From positions 192,001 through 256,000 of the forward strand of contig JAWLHJ010000001.1 of NCBI GenBank assembly GCA_041690395.1: a stretch of 64,000 nt of DNA, given 5' to 3'. Under the pieces are notes generated by a model that was given only the letters and a program-made list of their open reading frames with translations, had not been told where the DNA came from and made no database searches. Source of the DNA: Longimicrobiales bacterium (GTDB taxonomy: Bacteria; Gemmatimonadota; Gemmatimonadetes; Longimicrobiales; Gaopeijiaceae). Numbering within the stretch: position 1 is the stretch's first letter; every line of letters starts with the position of its first letter. The translations under genes and the position numbers were made by a program. Below, piece after piece: positions 46,263-55,757 of the stretch.

Positions 46263-46369
46263 CGGGAACGCCTCCCGCGGACCGGGGTGTCGACGGGGAG
46301 CCGTCGAGTGGAGAGTGAACGGCCCAACGCTAACCGGTGTCGGCGACCATCATCAAGACGAAGAGAGAC

Positions 46370-47041
46370 ATGAGCGAGATCCAGTATACGTACTACGGGT
46401 TCGACAACTGTGTCGGCGCCTACTTCGAGATGCCCACGTCGGAAGCGCGGAAAGTGCTCCCGCCCCACCTGGAGCCGCTCGAAAAGCAGCACGAGCGCAG
46501 CATCTTCGCCATCACGGCGTTCCGGTTCACCGAGAGCGAGGTGGGCGAGTACGACGAGGTCGTGCTGGCCGTCATCGTGCCGCCGCTCGTCGAGCCGGGG
46601 AAGCCGCTGCCGAAGGCCGCCATGTATCCGTTCATGGTCGCGACGTCGACCGAGGCCTCGCGTGAGCACGCCATAGCGAAGTGGCACCTGCCGCACATCA
46701 TGAAGGACATGGACATCCGCTTCGAGGAGTCCGACGGCACCATGACGGTGAACGTCCTGGACGGCGACGACCCCGTGCTGGACCTCGTGGTCACCCAGTT
46801 CGAGGCGGCTCCGGCCAAGAACCTCTACAACGTGTTCACCGTGGGTCCGGACGATAAGTACAAGGTGAACATCTATATGGAGGCCCCGCACTCCGAGCAC
46901 GAGGAAGAGCGCGGCGAGATCACCCTGTACGACCATCCGTTCCTGGGCGGGCTCGACCCGAACGAGATCGAGACCTTCCCGTTCCGGGAGGAGTGGTACA
47001 GGAAGGGTCTGCAGACCTTCGAAGAGCTGGAGTCGATCTGA
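46370..47041 (+). CDS. Acetoacetate decarboxylase-like fold protein
   Basis: ARKVLP..L.P, F..SEVGEYDE..LA, W.LP pattern. Confidence 0.65.
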   Translation: MSEIQYTYYGFDNCVGAYFEMPTSEARKVLPPHLEPLEKQHERSIFAITAFRFTESEVGEYDEVVLAVIVPPLVEPGKPLPKAAMYPFMVATSTEASREHAIAKWHLPHIMKDMDIRFEESDGTMTVNVLDGDDPVLDLVVTQFEAAPAKNLYNVFTVGPDDKYKVNIYMEAPHSEHEEERGEITLYDHPFLGGLDPNEIETFPFREEWYRKGLQTFEELESI

Positions 47042-48018
47042 CGGCGGCGGGCCGCCACTTCGCGATCTTCAACCCCGCCTCGGGGAGGGGGCGGGGCCGC
47101 CGCCGGATCGCCACGTACCGACGCCTCCTCGAGGATGCCGTCCCGGACATCACCTTCGCGGAGACGACCCGCCCCGGCGAAGAGCGCGATCTCGCCGAGC
47201 GGGCGGCGGCCGAAGGGTACGACGTGGTGGTGGCGGTCGGCGGGGACGGGACCTGGAGCAACGTAGCGGACCGGCTCGTGGCGAGCGGACGGCGTGATGT
47301 TTCGCTTGGGTTGCTGCCGAACGGGACCGGGAACGACTTCGGACGGAACCTGGGGTTCCGGCCGGACGGCGCGGCCGAGGCGGTCGCCGTCCTCGCCCGC
47401 GGTGAGAGGCGACTGGTGGACGTGGGGCGGCTCGAGACTCCGAGCGCGCCCGAGCACCATCCCGACCGATACGAGGCGCGCCACTTCCTGAACCTGGTCG
47501 GGTTCGGGTTCGACATCGCGGTGATCGACGCGGCGGCTCGCGCGCGGTTCCTCAAGGGTGAGCTCCTCTACAAGGTGAGCGCGCTCGGCCAGCTCTTCCG
47601 CTTTCCGGGTGCTGAGATCGACCTCCGGGCCGCCGACGGGCGCGAACGCGACGGTCGCTATCTCATGCTGACCATCTCGAACGGGTGCTACTTCGGCGGC
47701 GGCTTCCCCATCGCGCCCGGTGCATCGGTCGACGACGGGCTACTGCACGCGTGCCGGATCCTCGACGCGAAGCCGCTCCAGCGGCTCGGGCTCTTCAACG
47801 CGGCCGAGAAGGGTCGGCACGTGGCCTCGGACCGCGTCGAGGTGCTCGACGACCGCGCCTTCACCGTGACGTTCTCCGCGCCACCGCGCTTCGAGATGGA
47901 CGGCGAGGTGCGTGTCGCGGCCGAGCGCACGCTCGAAGTGCGGGTCCTTCCGGCGGCGCTGTCGGTCATCGCCGCAGCGGGCCCCAAGCCCGGCGGAGCG
48001 GCGGCGCCAGCGGCCTGA
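47038..48018 (+). CDS. Diacylglycerol/sphingosine kinase-family (YegS/DAGK) lipid kinase; start codon uncertain
   Basis: IFNPASG.G, VGGDGT, LPNGTGNDF, YFGGG..IAP.A..DDG, EMDGE. Confidence 0.88.
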   Translation: MTAAGRHFAIFNPASGRGRGRRRIATYRRLLEDAVPDITFAETTRPGEERDLAERAAAEGYDVVVAVGGDGTWSNVADRLVASGRRDVSLGLLPNGTGNDFGRNLGFRPDGAAEAVAVLARGERRLVDVGRLETPSAPEHHPDRYEARHFLNLVGFGFDIAVIDAAARARFLKGELLYKVSALGQLFRFPGAEIDLRAADGRERDGRYLMLTISNGCYFGGGFPIAPGASVDDGLLHACRILDAKPLQRLGLFNAAEKGRHVASDRVEVLDDRAFTVTFSAPPRFEMDGEVRVAAERTLEVRVLPAALSVIAAAGPKPGGAAAPAA

Positions 48019-48033
48019 CGCTTCCCGCCCGAT

Positions 48034-48054
48034 GCGCTTTGTCACACAAAGTGC
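48034..48054. promoter_or_regulatory. Palindromic operator abutting a TTGACG -35 element
   Basis: GCGCTTTGT-cac-ACAAAGTGC, followed directly by TTGACG (48055-48060), upstream of an operon encoding a wHTH regulator. Confidence 0.6.
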
Positions 48055-48091
48055 TTGACGGCGCCGTACGACATCTCGATTCTGACACACC

Positions 48092-48709
48092 ATGAATCTC
48101 CCCGCCCGCAAGCTCAGACGGACCCAGAAGCCGCCACTCGCGCTGCACGACCGCGCGATGGACGACCTGCGCTACATCCGTGAGACGATGGAGCGGTCTG
48201 GGTCGTTCACGCACGTGTCGGGCCTGGGCGTCATGGCCATGGGAGTGATCGCGCTCGCCGCGGCTGCTCTCGCCTGGGGCGCCACGGATCTGTGGGCCTG
48301 GCTCGGGGCCTGGCTGGGCGCGGCGGGGCTTTCCTTCGCGGCCGCGAGCTCCCTGATGGCACGAAAGGCGAGAGCCGAGGGAATCCCCCTCCTGACCGGT
48401 CCGGGCCGGAAGTTCGCGTGGAACGTGGTGCCGCCGCTGGTCGTCGGCGCGGTATTGACGGTCGCGTGCCTGGCGGCGGGCACGACGAGCCTGCTCCCCG
48501 GGAGCTGGCTCATGCTGTACGGCGCGGCCGTGGTCGCGGCAGGCTCGCACTCGGTGCGCCCGGTCCCGCTCATGGGCGTCCTGTTCATGGCCGTGGGGGC
48601 GGCCGCCCTTCTGGCGCCCGCGCGTTGGGGCGACGCCTTCATGGCGGCCGGGTTCGGCGGGCTTCACCTCGCATTCGGCCTCGTGATCTGGAGACGTCAT
48701 GGCGGTTGA
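48092..48709 (+). CDS. Hypothetical multi-pass membrane protein
   Basis: DLRYIRETMERS N-terminus, about 6 TM helices, GFGGLH..FG C-terminus. Confidence 0.82.
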   Translation: MNLPARKLRRTQKPPLALHDRAMDDLRYIRETMERSGSFTHVSGLGVMAMGVIALAAAALAWGATDLWAWLGAWLGAAGLSFAAASSLMARKARAEGIPLLTGPGRKFAWNVVPPLVVGAVLTVACLAAGTTSLLPGSWLMLYGAAVVAAGSHSVRPVPLMGVLFMAVGAAALLAPARWGDAFMAAGFGGLHLAFGLVIWRRHGG

Positions 48710-49106
48710 GCGTGGCGTCGCCGCTGCACGTAGCGCGCGAGAAGGCGGCGCGAGTCCGTCCGCACTCTCGCCGGTCGAGGGATATCCGGAAGGCGGAGCC
48801 CTGGAACTGGACCGGGTCATCCACGAACGTGTCCGGCTCGGCATCGTCAGCGCCCTCGCGGTGAACGGGTCTCTCACGTTCACCGACCTCAGGGCACTCC
48901 TCGGCACAACCGACGGGAACCTGAGCGCGCATGCCCGTCGTCTCGAAGACGCCGGGTACGTGCTTTGCAAGAAGACGTTCGACGGCCGCACGCCCCGGAC
49001 GGAGTACCGGCTCACCGCGGTGGGCCGGCGGGAGCTCGAGGCGTATCTGGACCATATGGAGGCGATCATACACGCGACGCGCGAACAACCGGAGGGGTCG
49101 GAGTGA
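48699..49106 (+). CDS. Winged-helix transcriptional regulator (HTH_34, ArsR/MarR-like)
   Basis: [36 protein letters not shown]. Confidence 0.88.
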   Translation: MAVERGVAAARSAREGGASPSALSPVEGYPEGGALELDRVIHERVRLGIVSALAVNGSLTFTDLRALLGTTDGNLSAHARRLEDAGYVLCKKTFDGRTPRTEYRLTAVGRRELEAYLDHMEAIIHATREQPEGSE

Positions 49107-49146
49107 CGGACGGGATCGGCGTGACCGACGCCCGGGGACGGGTGGC

Positions 49147-49875
49147 ATGAGGGACACACAGTCACGCAACGGGAGCGGCCCCGGGCTGCACGTCGGGATC
49201 ATCATGGACGGCAACGGTCGGTGGGCCAATGCCCGCAACCGGCCGCGTGAGTGGGGCCACCGGCACGGCGCCAAGGCGGTACGCCGCGTGGTCGAGGCGG
49301 CGCCCGACCTGGGCGTGCGCACCCTGACGCTGTACGCGTTCTCATCGGACAACTGGAAGCGGCCGGCGCGTGAAGTCGGGCTCCTGATGAAGCTGTTGGC
49401 GCGTTATCTGCGCACCGAGACGGAGGAGCTCGCGGAGAACGGCGTCGAGCTGCGTGTCGTGGGCCGGCGCGACCGCCTCGAGGCGCCGCTGGTGTGCGCC
49501 ATCGAACAGGCCGAGGCCGTGACCCGGGGGAACCGGCGGATGAGACTTCGGCTCGCCGTCGATTACTCCGCGCGCGACCTCATCACCGCCGCCGTGGCGG
49601 AGGGCGTGAAGCGTGGGGGCGTCGAGCGCGAAGACATGGCCGCGCTGCTCGGGCGTGCCATGAACGACACGGGTCCGGCCGAGGATGTGGACCTGCTCAT
49701 CCGCACGGGCGGCGAGCAGCGGCTGAGCGACTTCCTGCTGTGGGAGTGCGCCTACGCGGAGCTGCTCTTCACGCCACGCATGTGGCCGGACTTCGACGCG
49801 GACGATCTCTCGCGCGCGCTCGAGGACTACCGCGGACGCGACCGGCGCTTCGGCAAGGTGGCCGTCGCGGTCTGA
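49147..49875 (+). CDS. uppS: cis-prenyltransferase / undecaprenyl diphosphate synthase
   Basis: [47 protein letters not shown]. Confidence 0.92.
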   Translation: MRDTQSRNGSGPGLHVGIIMDGNGRWANARNRPREWGHRHGAKAVRRVVEAAPDLGVRTLTLYAFSSDNWKRPAREVGLLMKLLARYLRTETEELAENGVELRVVGRRDRLEAPLVCAIEQAEAVTRGNRRMRLRLAVDYSARDLITAAVAEGVKRGGVEREDMAALLGRAMNDTGPAEDVDLLIRTGGEQRLSDFLLWECAYAELLFTPRMWPDFDADDLSRALEDYRGRDRRFGKVAVAV

Positions 49876-50921
49876 GCCCGCTCGAGGTCGAGAAGCCGGC
49901 GCTTCCGCCATAGTCCTCCCGCATATCCGGTCAGGCGCCCGTCCGACCCGACGACCCTGTGGCACGGGATCACGAGCGCGAGCGGGTTCGCGCCCACCGC
50001 GGCGCCCACCGCCCGGACCGCGCTCGAGCGCCCGAGCGCTTCGGCCACGTCGGCGTAGCTGATCGTCTCACCCGCCGGGATCTTTTCGAGGCGCGACCAG
50101 ACACTGCGCTGGAACGGGGTGCCGACCGGTTCCAGGGGTAGGCCGGAGAGCGCGTCGGTCTCCCCGTCGAAATAGCCGTCGAGGGCCGCCTGCATACGCT
50201 GGCCCAGCTCCGACGGCGCGGGCGTCAGCACGGCTCGTAGCCCGTCCTTCGTACGGCGAAGCTGACGCTCGAGCGCCTTCCGATCCGTGAACTCCAGGAC
50301 ATGGATCGCCCGGTCGGACGCTCCGACGAGCATGGGGCCGAGGGGAGTCGTCAGATAATCGACGCGAACCAGGAGCGCGTCGCCGAGCTCGGTCGGAGGC
50401 GCGCCGAAGGTCTGGCGGAACGCATCCTGGAAGCCGGAGAGGGAGTCGTAGCCGGACTCGAACGCGACCCGTCCGACGGGTCGGCCGCCCTGGACCTCCT
50501 CGAGTGCGGCACCCAACCTGCGGGCCCGGTGGTACGCCTGGAACGTCATTCCGTGTGTGCGCTGGAACCAGCGGCGCACGCGTTCCGGCTGAAACCCACG
50601 CTCGCGCAGCTCCCTCTCGCTCCAGCGCCGGGAGGGATCGGCCTCGACGGCCTCGAGAAGCGGACCCAGCCAGGACGGCGTCGAGCCCGGTGCCTCCAAC
50701 GGGCGGCACCGCTTGCACGGGCGGTACCCCGCCGCCTCGGCATCTTCCGGCGTGGCGAAGAAGGAGAGCTGCTCGGGACGGGGTTTGCGCGCCGGACAGC
50801 TCGGTCTGCAGAAAATCCCCGTGGAACGGACGCCCGTCCAGAAGATCCCGTCGAAGGTCCCGTCACCGCCGAGGAAGGCTTCCCGCATGCGCGGCTCGGG
50901 AGGAAGTCGATGTGTATCCAT
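49827..50921 (-). CDS. ada: Bifunctional Ada regulator / O6-methylguanine-DNA methyltransferase
   Basis: TGIFCRPSC and RPCKRC Zn motifs, AraC HTH, IPCHRV active site. Confidence 0.93.
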   Translation of the reverse strand: MDTHRLPPEPRMREAFLGGDGTFDGIFWTGVRSTGIFCRPSCPARKPRPEQLSFFATPEDAEAAGYRPCKRCRPLEAPGSTPSWLGPLLEAVEADPSRRWSERELRERGFQPERVRRWFQRTHGMTFQAYHRARRLGAALEEVQGGRPVGRVAFESGYDSLSGFQDAFRQTFGAPPTELGDALLVRVDYLTTPLGPMLVGASDRAIHVLEFTDRKALERQLRRTKDGLRAVLTPAPSELGQRMQAALDGYFDGETDALSGLPLEPVGTPFQRSVWSRLEKIPAGETISYADVAEALGRSSAVRAVGAAVGANPLALVIPCHRVVGSDGRLTGYAGGLWRKRRLLDLERAQTATATLPKRRSRPR

Positions 50922-51090
50922 GGCGGCAATCTCGGATGAGGGATGAGGCGAGGCTACCGAAATTCTGACACGGAAGTCGAGGGGCCGACGACGACCAGCC
51001 GCACGAGGCGGGCCCGTCGGGCGCCACCTTGGTGGCGCCACTGCCGTGGTAGCGCCCTTGCCGTGGTGACCCCCGCTCCGATCTTTCGAC

Positions 51091-51558
51091 ATGGTCGCTA
51101 CACCCGAAAGCCAGACGCCGGTCGCCGAGACCCCCATCATCGTGCGGAGCTCGGAGCTCGACTCGTTCGGGCACGTCAACCATGCCGTCTTCCTCAACTA
51201 TTTCGAGCACGCGCGCTTCGAAGCGCTCGAGGAGGCCGGCTTCACGTGGTCCGTGCTCGAGGAGCGCGGCTGGGGCATTTACGTCGTCCGCATCGAGGTG
51301 GACTACCTGGCCGAGGCGCGGCGAGGCGACCGGTTACTGGTCCGCACCTGGGCCGAGTCGTTCCGCCGCACCAGCATGGTGCTGGCGCAGCGCATGGTCC
51401 GCAGCGAGCCGGACGGCAGGGAGACGACGGTGTCGGAGGCGCTTGTCACCGCGGTCTGGATCGGCCCGGACGGAAAGCCCATGCGTGTGCCCGAAGAAGT
51501 GCGGGAGGGCCTCACCACCACTCCGGAGGACAGATGTCGAACCGAGCCCGTTACGTGA
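51091..51558 (+). CDS. Acyl-CoA thioesterase (YbgC/FadM hot-dog fold)
   Basis: ELDSFGHVNHAVFLNYFEHAR. Confidence 0.88.
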   Translation: MVATPESQTPVAETPIIVRSSELDSFGHVNHAVFLNYFEHARFEALEEAGFTWSVLEERGWGIYVVRIEVDYLAEARRGDRLLVRTWAESFRRTSMVLAQRMVRSEPDGRETTVSEALVTAVWIGPDGKPMRVPEEVREGLTTTPEDRCRTEPVT

Positions 51559-52925
51559 GTCGAGCCCGGCCGCTGAGCCGAGCCTCTCGTTCGCCCCGTC
51601 CAGGTGGGATCGGTCGCTCCTCCGGCCGTGCTGCCGCCCTGGCGTGCGCCGCGCTGCTCGTGGCCTGCGGGACCGGGGAGCCGGGCGGCTCGGCCGCGGA
51701 CGCTCCCACGACGCTCGCGGAGCGGTGCGCCGCCAACGACTCCGGCATCACGGTGCCGGACGGGTTCTGTGCGGTGCTCGTAGCGGACGGCGTCGTGGGT
51801 GCCCGGCACCTCGACGTCGCGGAGAACGGCGACGTCTTCGTCGCCCGGGGCAACACCACGACCGGACCCACCCGGACCCGCGTTCCGGGAGGCGTTACCG
51901 TGCTGCGCGACTCCGACGGTGACGGCCGGGCCGACGTCCGCGAGGCGTGGGCGGACAACGGGGGCAACGAGGTCCTGCTGGCCGGCGGGTACGTCTACTT
52001 CGCGCCCGACGATGCGGTTCTCCGCTACCCCATCGAGGCCGGCGCCATGCGTCCGGCGGGCCCGCCGGACACCCTCGTGTCGGGACTCCCGGACTCGCGC
52101 AATCACGCCGCCAAGAGCCTCGCGCTCGGCTCGGACGGCGCTCTGTACGTCAACATCGGCTCGCCCTCGAACGCGTGCATGCGAGAGGCGCGCACGCCGG
52201 GCTCGCCGGGAATGGACCCGTGTCCGGAGCTCGGGACGCGCGCCGGCATCTGGCGGTTCTCCCCCGATCGGACCGGACAGACCCAGGCGGATGGCGAACG
52301 CTTCGCGACCGGGCTCCGCAACGTGGTGGCTCTCCGCGCGAACTCGGACGACGGCGCTCTCTACGGCGTCGTGCACGGACGGGACCAGCTCCACTCCATG
52401 TGGCCGGACGTCTTCACCGTCGAGGACAACACCGAAATGCCCTCCGAGGAGTTCGTGCGCATCACGGAGGCGTCGGACTTCGGCTGGCCATACTGTTTCC
52501 ACGACCCGCGCACCGGCCGGAAGCTCCTCGCCCCCGAGTACGGTGGGGACGGCGAGGCGGTGGGCCGCTGCGCGGAGAAGGACATGCCGCTCGTCGCGTT
52601 CCCCGCGCACTGGGCGCCCAACGACCTCGAGTTCTATCTCGCTGACCAGTTTCCGGAGCGGTACCGCGGCGGCGCGTTCATCGCCTTCCACGGTTCCTGG
52701 AACCGCGCACCGAATCCCCAGGAGGGTTTTCAGGTCGCGTTCGTTCCGGTGTCTGAAACCGGCTTCGGCCCCGCGTGGGAGACGTTCGCGGACGGCTTCC
52801 GGAACGAGGAAGATTCCTCCGACCACTCGCGCCCGGTGGGCGTCGCGGTTGGGCCGGACGGCTCCCTCTACGTGTCCGACAGCGTACAGGGTCGGGTGTG
52901 GCGCATCATGTACGCCGGACTCTGA
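51534..52925 (+). CDS. PQQ-dependent sugar/sorbosone dehydrogenase-family lipoprotein
   Basis: Lipobox LVAC. GSPSNAC, FATGLRN, FGWPYC, AHWAP, FHGSWNR, RPVG...GPDGSLYVSD. Confidence 0.88.
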   Translation: MSNRARYVSRARPLSRASRSPRPGGIGRSSGRAAALACAALLVACGTGEPGGSAADAPTTLAERCAANDSGITVPDGFCAVLVADGVVGARHLDVAENGDVFVARGNTTTGPTRTRVPGGVTVLRDSDGDGRADVREAWADNGGNEVLLAGGYVYFAPDDAVLRYPIEAGAMRPAGPPDTLVSGLPDSRNHAAKSLALGSDGALYVNIGSPSNACMREARTPGSPGMDPCPELGTRAGIWRFSPDRTGQTQADGERFATGLRNVVALRANSDDGALYGVVHGRDQLHSMWPDVFTVEDNTEMPSEEFVRITEASDFGWPYCFHDPRTGRKLLAPEYGGDGEAVGRCAEKDMPLVAFPAHWAPNDLEFYLADQFPERYRGGAFIAFHGSWNRAPNPQEGFQVAFVPVSETGFGPAWETFADGFRNEEDSSDHSRPVGVAVGPDGSLYVSDSVQGRVWRIMYAGL

Positions 52926-52943
52926 CGCGGCCGCCGAACCTTC

Positions 52944-53639
52944 GTGCCCACGCCTTCCGAACCCACCGTGCTCGTCGGCAACGACGTGGTCGATCTGACC
53001 GCGCCGCGGACCAGCGATCGTCACCTGGACGAGCGCTTCGTCGCCCGTGTGTTCACGGAGGGCGAGCGCGCCCGCATTCTGGCCGATGACGACCCGTCGC
53101 TCCGCCTATGGCTCGGGTGGGCGGCCAAGGAGGCCGCCTACAAAGTCGTCTCGAAGTCCCTCGGCGAGCCGCCCCCGTTCGCGCACCGGCGCTTCGAGGT
53201 CACGTGGTTCGGAGCTGGGGACGGCGTCGTTCGGTACGAGTCGGAGGATGTGCGGGTGGTGGTTCGGCACGCCGGGCCCCACGATCACGTGCACGTTTTG
53301 GCGCATATGCCGCGCGTCACTGAGGGGCCCACCAGGGTCGATCGTCTCGACCGGGCCGACGCTCCCTGGCTCGCGCCGCTCGAGAGCCTCCTGGAGCACT
53401 TCACGGAGCTGGAGCGGGCGTCGGTGCACTCGGTGTCGTCGGCCGCGGTCCGGATCGCGGCCCGTGCCGACGCGGCGGACCTCCTCGGCGTCGAGGTCGG
53501 CCGCGTGGAGATCGTGTGCGGGCCGGGTGCGTTGGGCCGCCGCCCACCCCGCATGCTGGTGGACGGAAGGTCCGCAGATATCGACGTTTCGCTCTCGCAC
53601 GACGGACCCTGGATCGCCTGGGCGCTGGCTCCGCGCTGA
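52944..53639 (+). CDS. 4'-phosphopantetheinyl transferase
   Basis: VGNDVVD, WAAKEAAYK, SLSHD. Confidence 0.85.
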   Translation: MPTPSEPTVLVGNDVVDLTAPRTSDRHLDERFVARVFTEGERARILADDDPSLRLWLGWAAKEAAYKVVSKSLGEPPPFAHRRFEVTWFGAGDGVVRYESEDVRVVVRHAGPHDHVHVLAHMPRVTEGPTRVDRLDRADAPWLAPLESLLEHFTELERASVHSVSSAAVRIAARADAADLLGVEVGRVEIVCGPGALGRRPPRMLVDGRSADIDVSLSHDGPWIAWALAPR

Positions 53640-53690
53640 CCGCGCCCGAGAACCACACCACACTCGAACCCATCTCCTGGAAGAACCCGC

Positions 53691-54266
53691 ATGGAAGATC
53701 GCGAGCGGCTCAAGAGCATCCTCGTCGAGCGCTCGGTGCGCCTCGGCGACTTCACCCTCGCCAGCGGCGCTCGCTCCGACTACTACGTCGATGCACGTCG
53801 CACCTCGATGTCGGCGGAAGGCCAGTACCTCATCGGGAGGGTGGCGTTGGCCGCGGTCCGTGACGGCGGGCTCAGGCCCAGCCACGTGGGTGGACTGACC
53901 ATGGGCGCCGACCCTATCGCCTACGCGATCGCCCATGCGAGCTGGCTCGAGGGCCGGCCGCTCGACGCGTTCTCTGTCCGGAAGCAGGCGAAGGAGCACG
54001 GCACGGGCCAGCGCATCGAAGGTGGCCTTCCCGTCGACGCCCGGTGTCTCATGGTCGAGGACGCGATGACCACCGGCGGAAGCACGCTGAAGGCGATCGA
54101 CGCCGTGGAGGAGTACGGCGCGACGGTGATCGGTGTGTTGACGCTCGTCGACCGGTCCGAAAACGCAGCCGCGCGGTTCTCCGATCGAGGGCTCCCTTTG
54201 ATCTCGGTCTTCCGCGGAGAGGAGCTTCTGGAGCTGGCCAGAAGCAGAGCGGCGGCCGGAGGCTGA
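53691..54266 (+). CDS. pyrE: Orotate phosphoribosyltransferase
   Basis: GDFTLASG..S.YYVD, RK..K.HG, VED..TTGGS. Confidence 0.93.
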   Translation: MEDRERLKSILVERSVRLGDFTLASGARSDYYVDARRTSMSAEGQYLIGRVALAAVRDGGLRPSHVGGLTMGADPIAYAIAHASWLEGRPLDAFSVRKQAKEHGTGQRIEGGLPVDARCLMVEDAMTTGGSTLKAIDAVEEYGATVIGVLTLVDRSENAAARFSDRGLPLISVFRGEELLELARSRAAAGG

Positions 54267-54350
54267 CTTCGCGCCCCGACCGCCGCTTCCTGTTCCGCGC
54301 CGGTTAGAGGGGTCCCCTCCGGACCGGCCGGTGAACCGCTCAGCCTCGCG

Positions 54351-55457
54351 TCAGTCGAGTAGCCTGAGCGGCATCACCAGACAGAGGTAGTCGGCCTCAC
54401 CCTCGCCGGTCGGGACGATGGTCGCGGCCCGCTCCGGCGCCTTGAACGCGATGTCCACCTCGTCCGAGGGCATGTACTTCAGTACCTCGAGCAGGTAATT
54501 CGCGTTGAATCCGATCTCGAGCTCCTCGGAGTCGTAGCCGATCTCGAGCTCGTCATGCCCCTCACCGAGGTCCGGCGTGAGCACGTTCAGGTGCACGCGC
54601 CCGGGCTCGAACTTGAGCCGGATCCGGTGCGTCTGATCCGACGCCACCACGGCCATCCGTCGCACGGCGGACTCGAGTGACTTCTTCGGGACGGTCGCGA
54701 CCTTGTCGTTGTCCTTCGGGATCACCTGCTCGTAGTTCGGATACGTCCCCTCGATGAGCCGTGTGTACACCTCCGTGCGCTCGCTCTTGAAGCCGAGGTG
54801 GTTGCCGCTCCGCGCCACGTTCAGTGCGTCGTCGTCCTTGAAGAGGCGCTGCACCTGCTGGAGCGCCGCCGGAGGCACGATGAAGTCGGCCGAGGTGGTG
54901 CCGGTGTCCTCGACCGAGACGCTCATCCGCGCGAGGCGGTGACCGTTGGTCGCTACCATCCGCATCTCGCCGGCCCGGAGCTCCCAGAGAACACCGTTCA
55001 GGATCGGCCGGCTCTCCTCCGTGGATACGGCGAACGACGTGTGGTGGATGAGGCGGTTGAGGTCCTTCCCGGTCACGGTGAGGCCGGTGGAGAAGTCCAC
55101 CTCGGCGAGCTTCGGGAACTCCTCGGCGGGAAGGCCGTTCAGCTTGAAATGACTCCGGCCGCACCGGAGCTCGATCTGATCGCCTCGGGTCGACACGTCG
55201 ACTGCCTGGTCCGGAAGCTCCCTCGTGATCTCCTGGAGCTTCTTGCCCGGCGCCGTGAGGGTTCCCGGCTCCTTCACGTCGGCGGGAACGCGCACACGGA
55301 CGGCGACGTCCAGATCGGTTCCGCTCATCCAGACTCCGTCGCCTTCGGCCTCGAAGAGGATGTTCGAGAGTACCGGCAAGGTCGTTTTCGACGGAATGCT
55401 GGCCGACACCGCCGCGAGACCGTTGTGGAGGTTCTGTCTGGTGATCGTGAAGTTCAT
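54351..55457 (-). CDS. dnaN: DNA polymerase III beta clamp
   Basis: TLPVLSNIL, GTDLD, ESRPILNG, ATNGHRL, YPNYEQVIP, LVMPLRL. Confidence 0.96.
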   Translation of the reverse strand: MNFTITRQNLHNGLAAVSASIPSKTTLPVLSNILFEAEGDGVWMSGTDLDVAVRVRVPADVKEPGTLTAPGKKLQEITRELPDQAVDVSTRGDQIELRCGRSHFKLNGLPAEEFPKLAEVDFSTGLTVTGKDLNRLIHHTSFAVSTEESRPILNGVLWELRAGEMRMVATNGHRLARMSVSVEDTGTTSADFIVPPAALQQVQRLFKDDDALNVARSGNHLGFKSERTEVYTRLIEGTYPNYEQVIPKDNDKVATVPKKSLESAVRRMAVVASDQTHRIRLKFEPGRVHLNVLTPDLGEGHDELEIGYDSEELEIGFNANYLLEVLKYMPSDEVDIAFKAPERAATIVPTGEGEADYLCLVMPLRLLD

Positions 55458-55499
55458 CGAATCATGGCTCCTGGGGACGGCTGAAAGCGGGGGGACGGA

Positions 55500-55757
55500 C
55501 TCGAGCGCCCGTTCATCCACAGACCCTGGATACTATCTCCCTTCTTTCTATAAAAACATAGTCGTAGTAGGGGATGTGGATCTGTGGAAGATTCGGTGCC
55601 GAAGGTGACGTTTGCGTAACGGGTGGGCGCTCTTGCGACCACTCGGGGGGACCGGGAAAGCGCGGGGAGAAGTCGAGCCGACGCTCCGGGGCGTGGGGAC
55701 CAGGACCGGGGAGGTGTGAAGAATCGGTCGGATATCCACAGATCTCCACACACTTGT
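55500..55757. other. oriC: Chromosomal origin oriC (DnaA boxes, DnaA-trios, AT-rich tract)
   Basis: DnaA-box-like 9-mers at 55513, 55575, 55583, 55732 and 55742. TAG-type trios at 55558-55570 and an AT-rich tract at 55542-55557, between dnaA and dnaN. Confidence 0.85.

Noticed and set aside
48040..48066. TGTCACA as a third ECF41 promoter
   Set aside because: No CGTC at the correct spacing. It is better explained as the centre of a palindromic operator beside a sigma70 -35 element.
52944..53639. PPTase plus thioesterase as a marker of an NRPS/PKS cluster
   Set aside because: No carrier-protein, condensation or ketosynthase genes are in the window.
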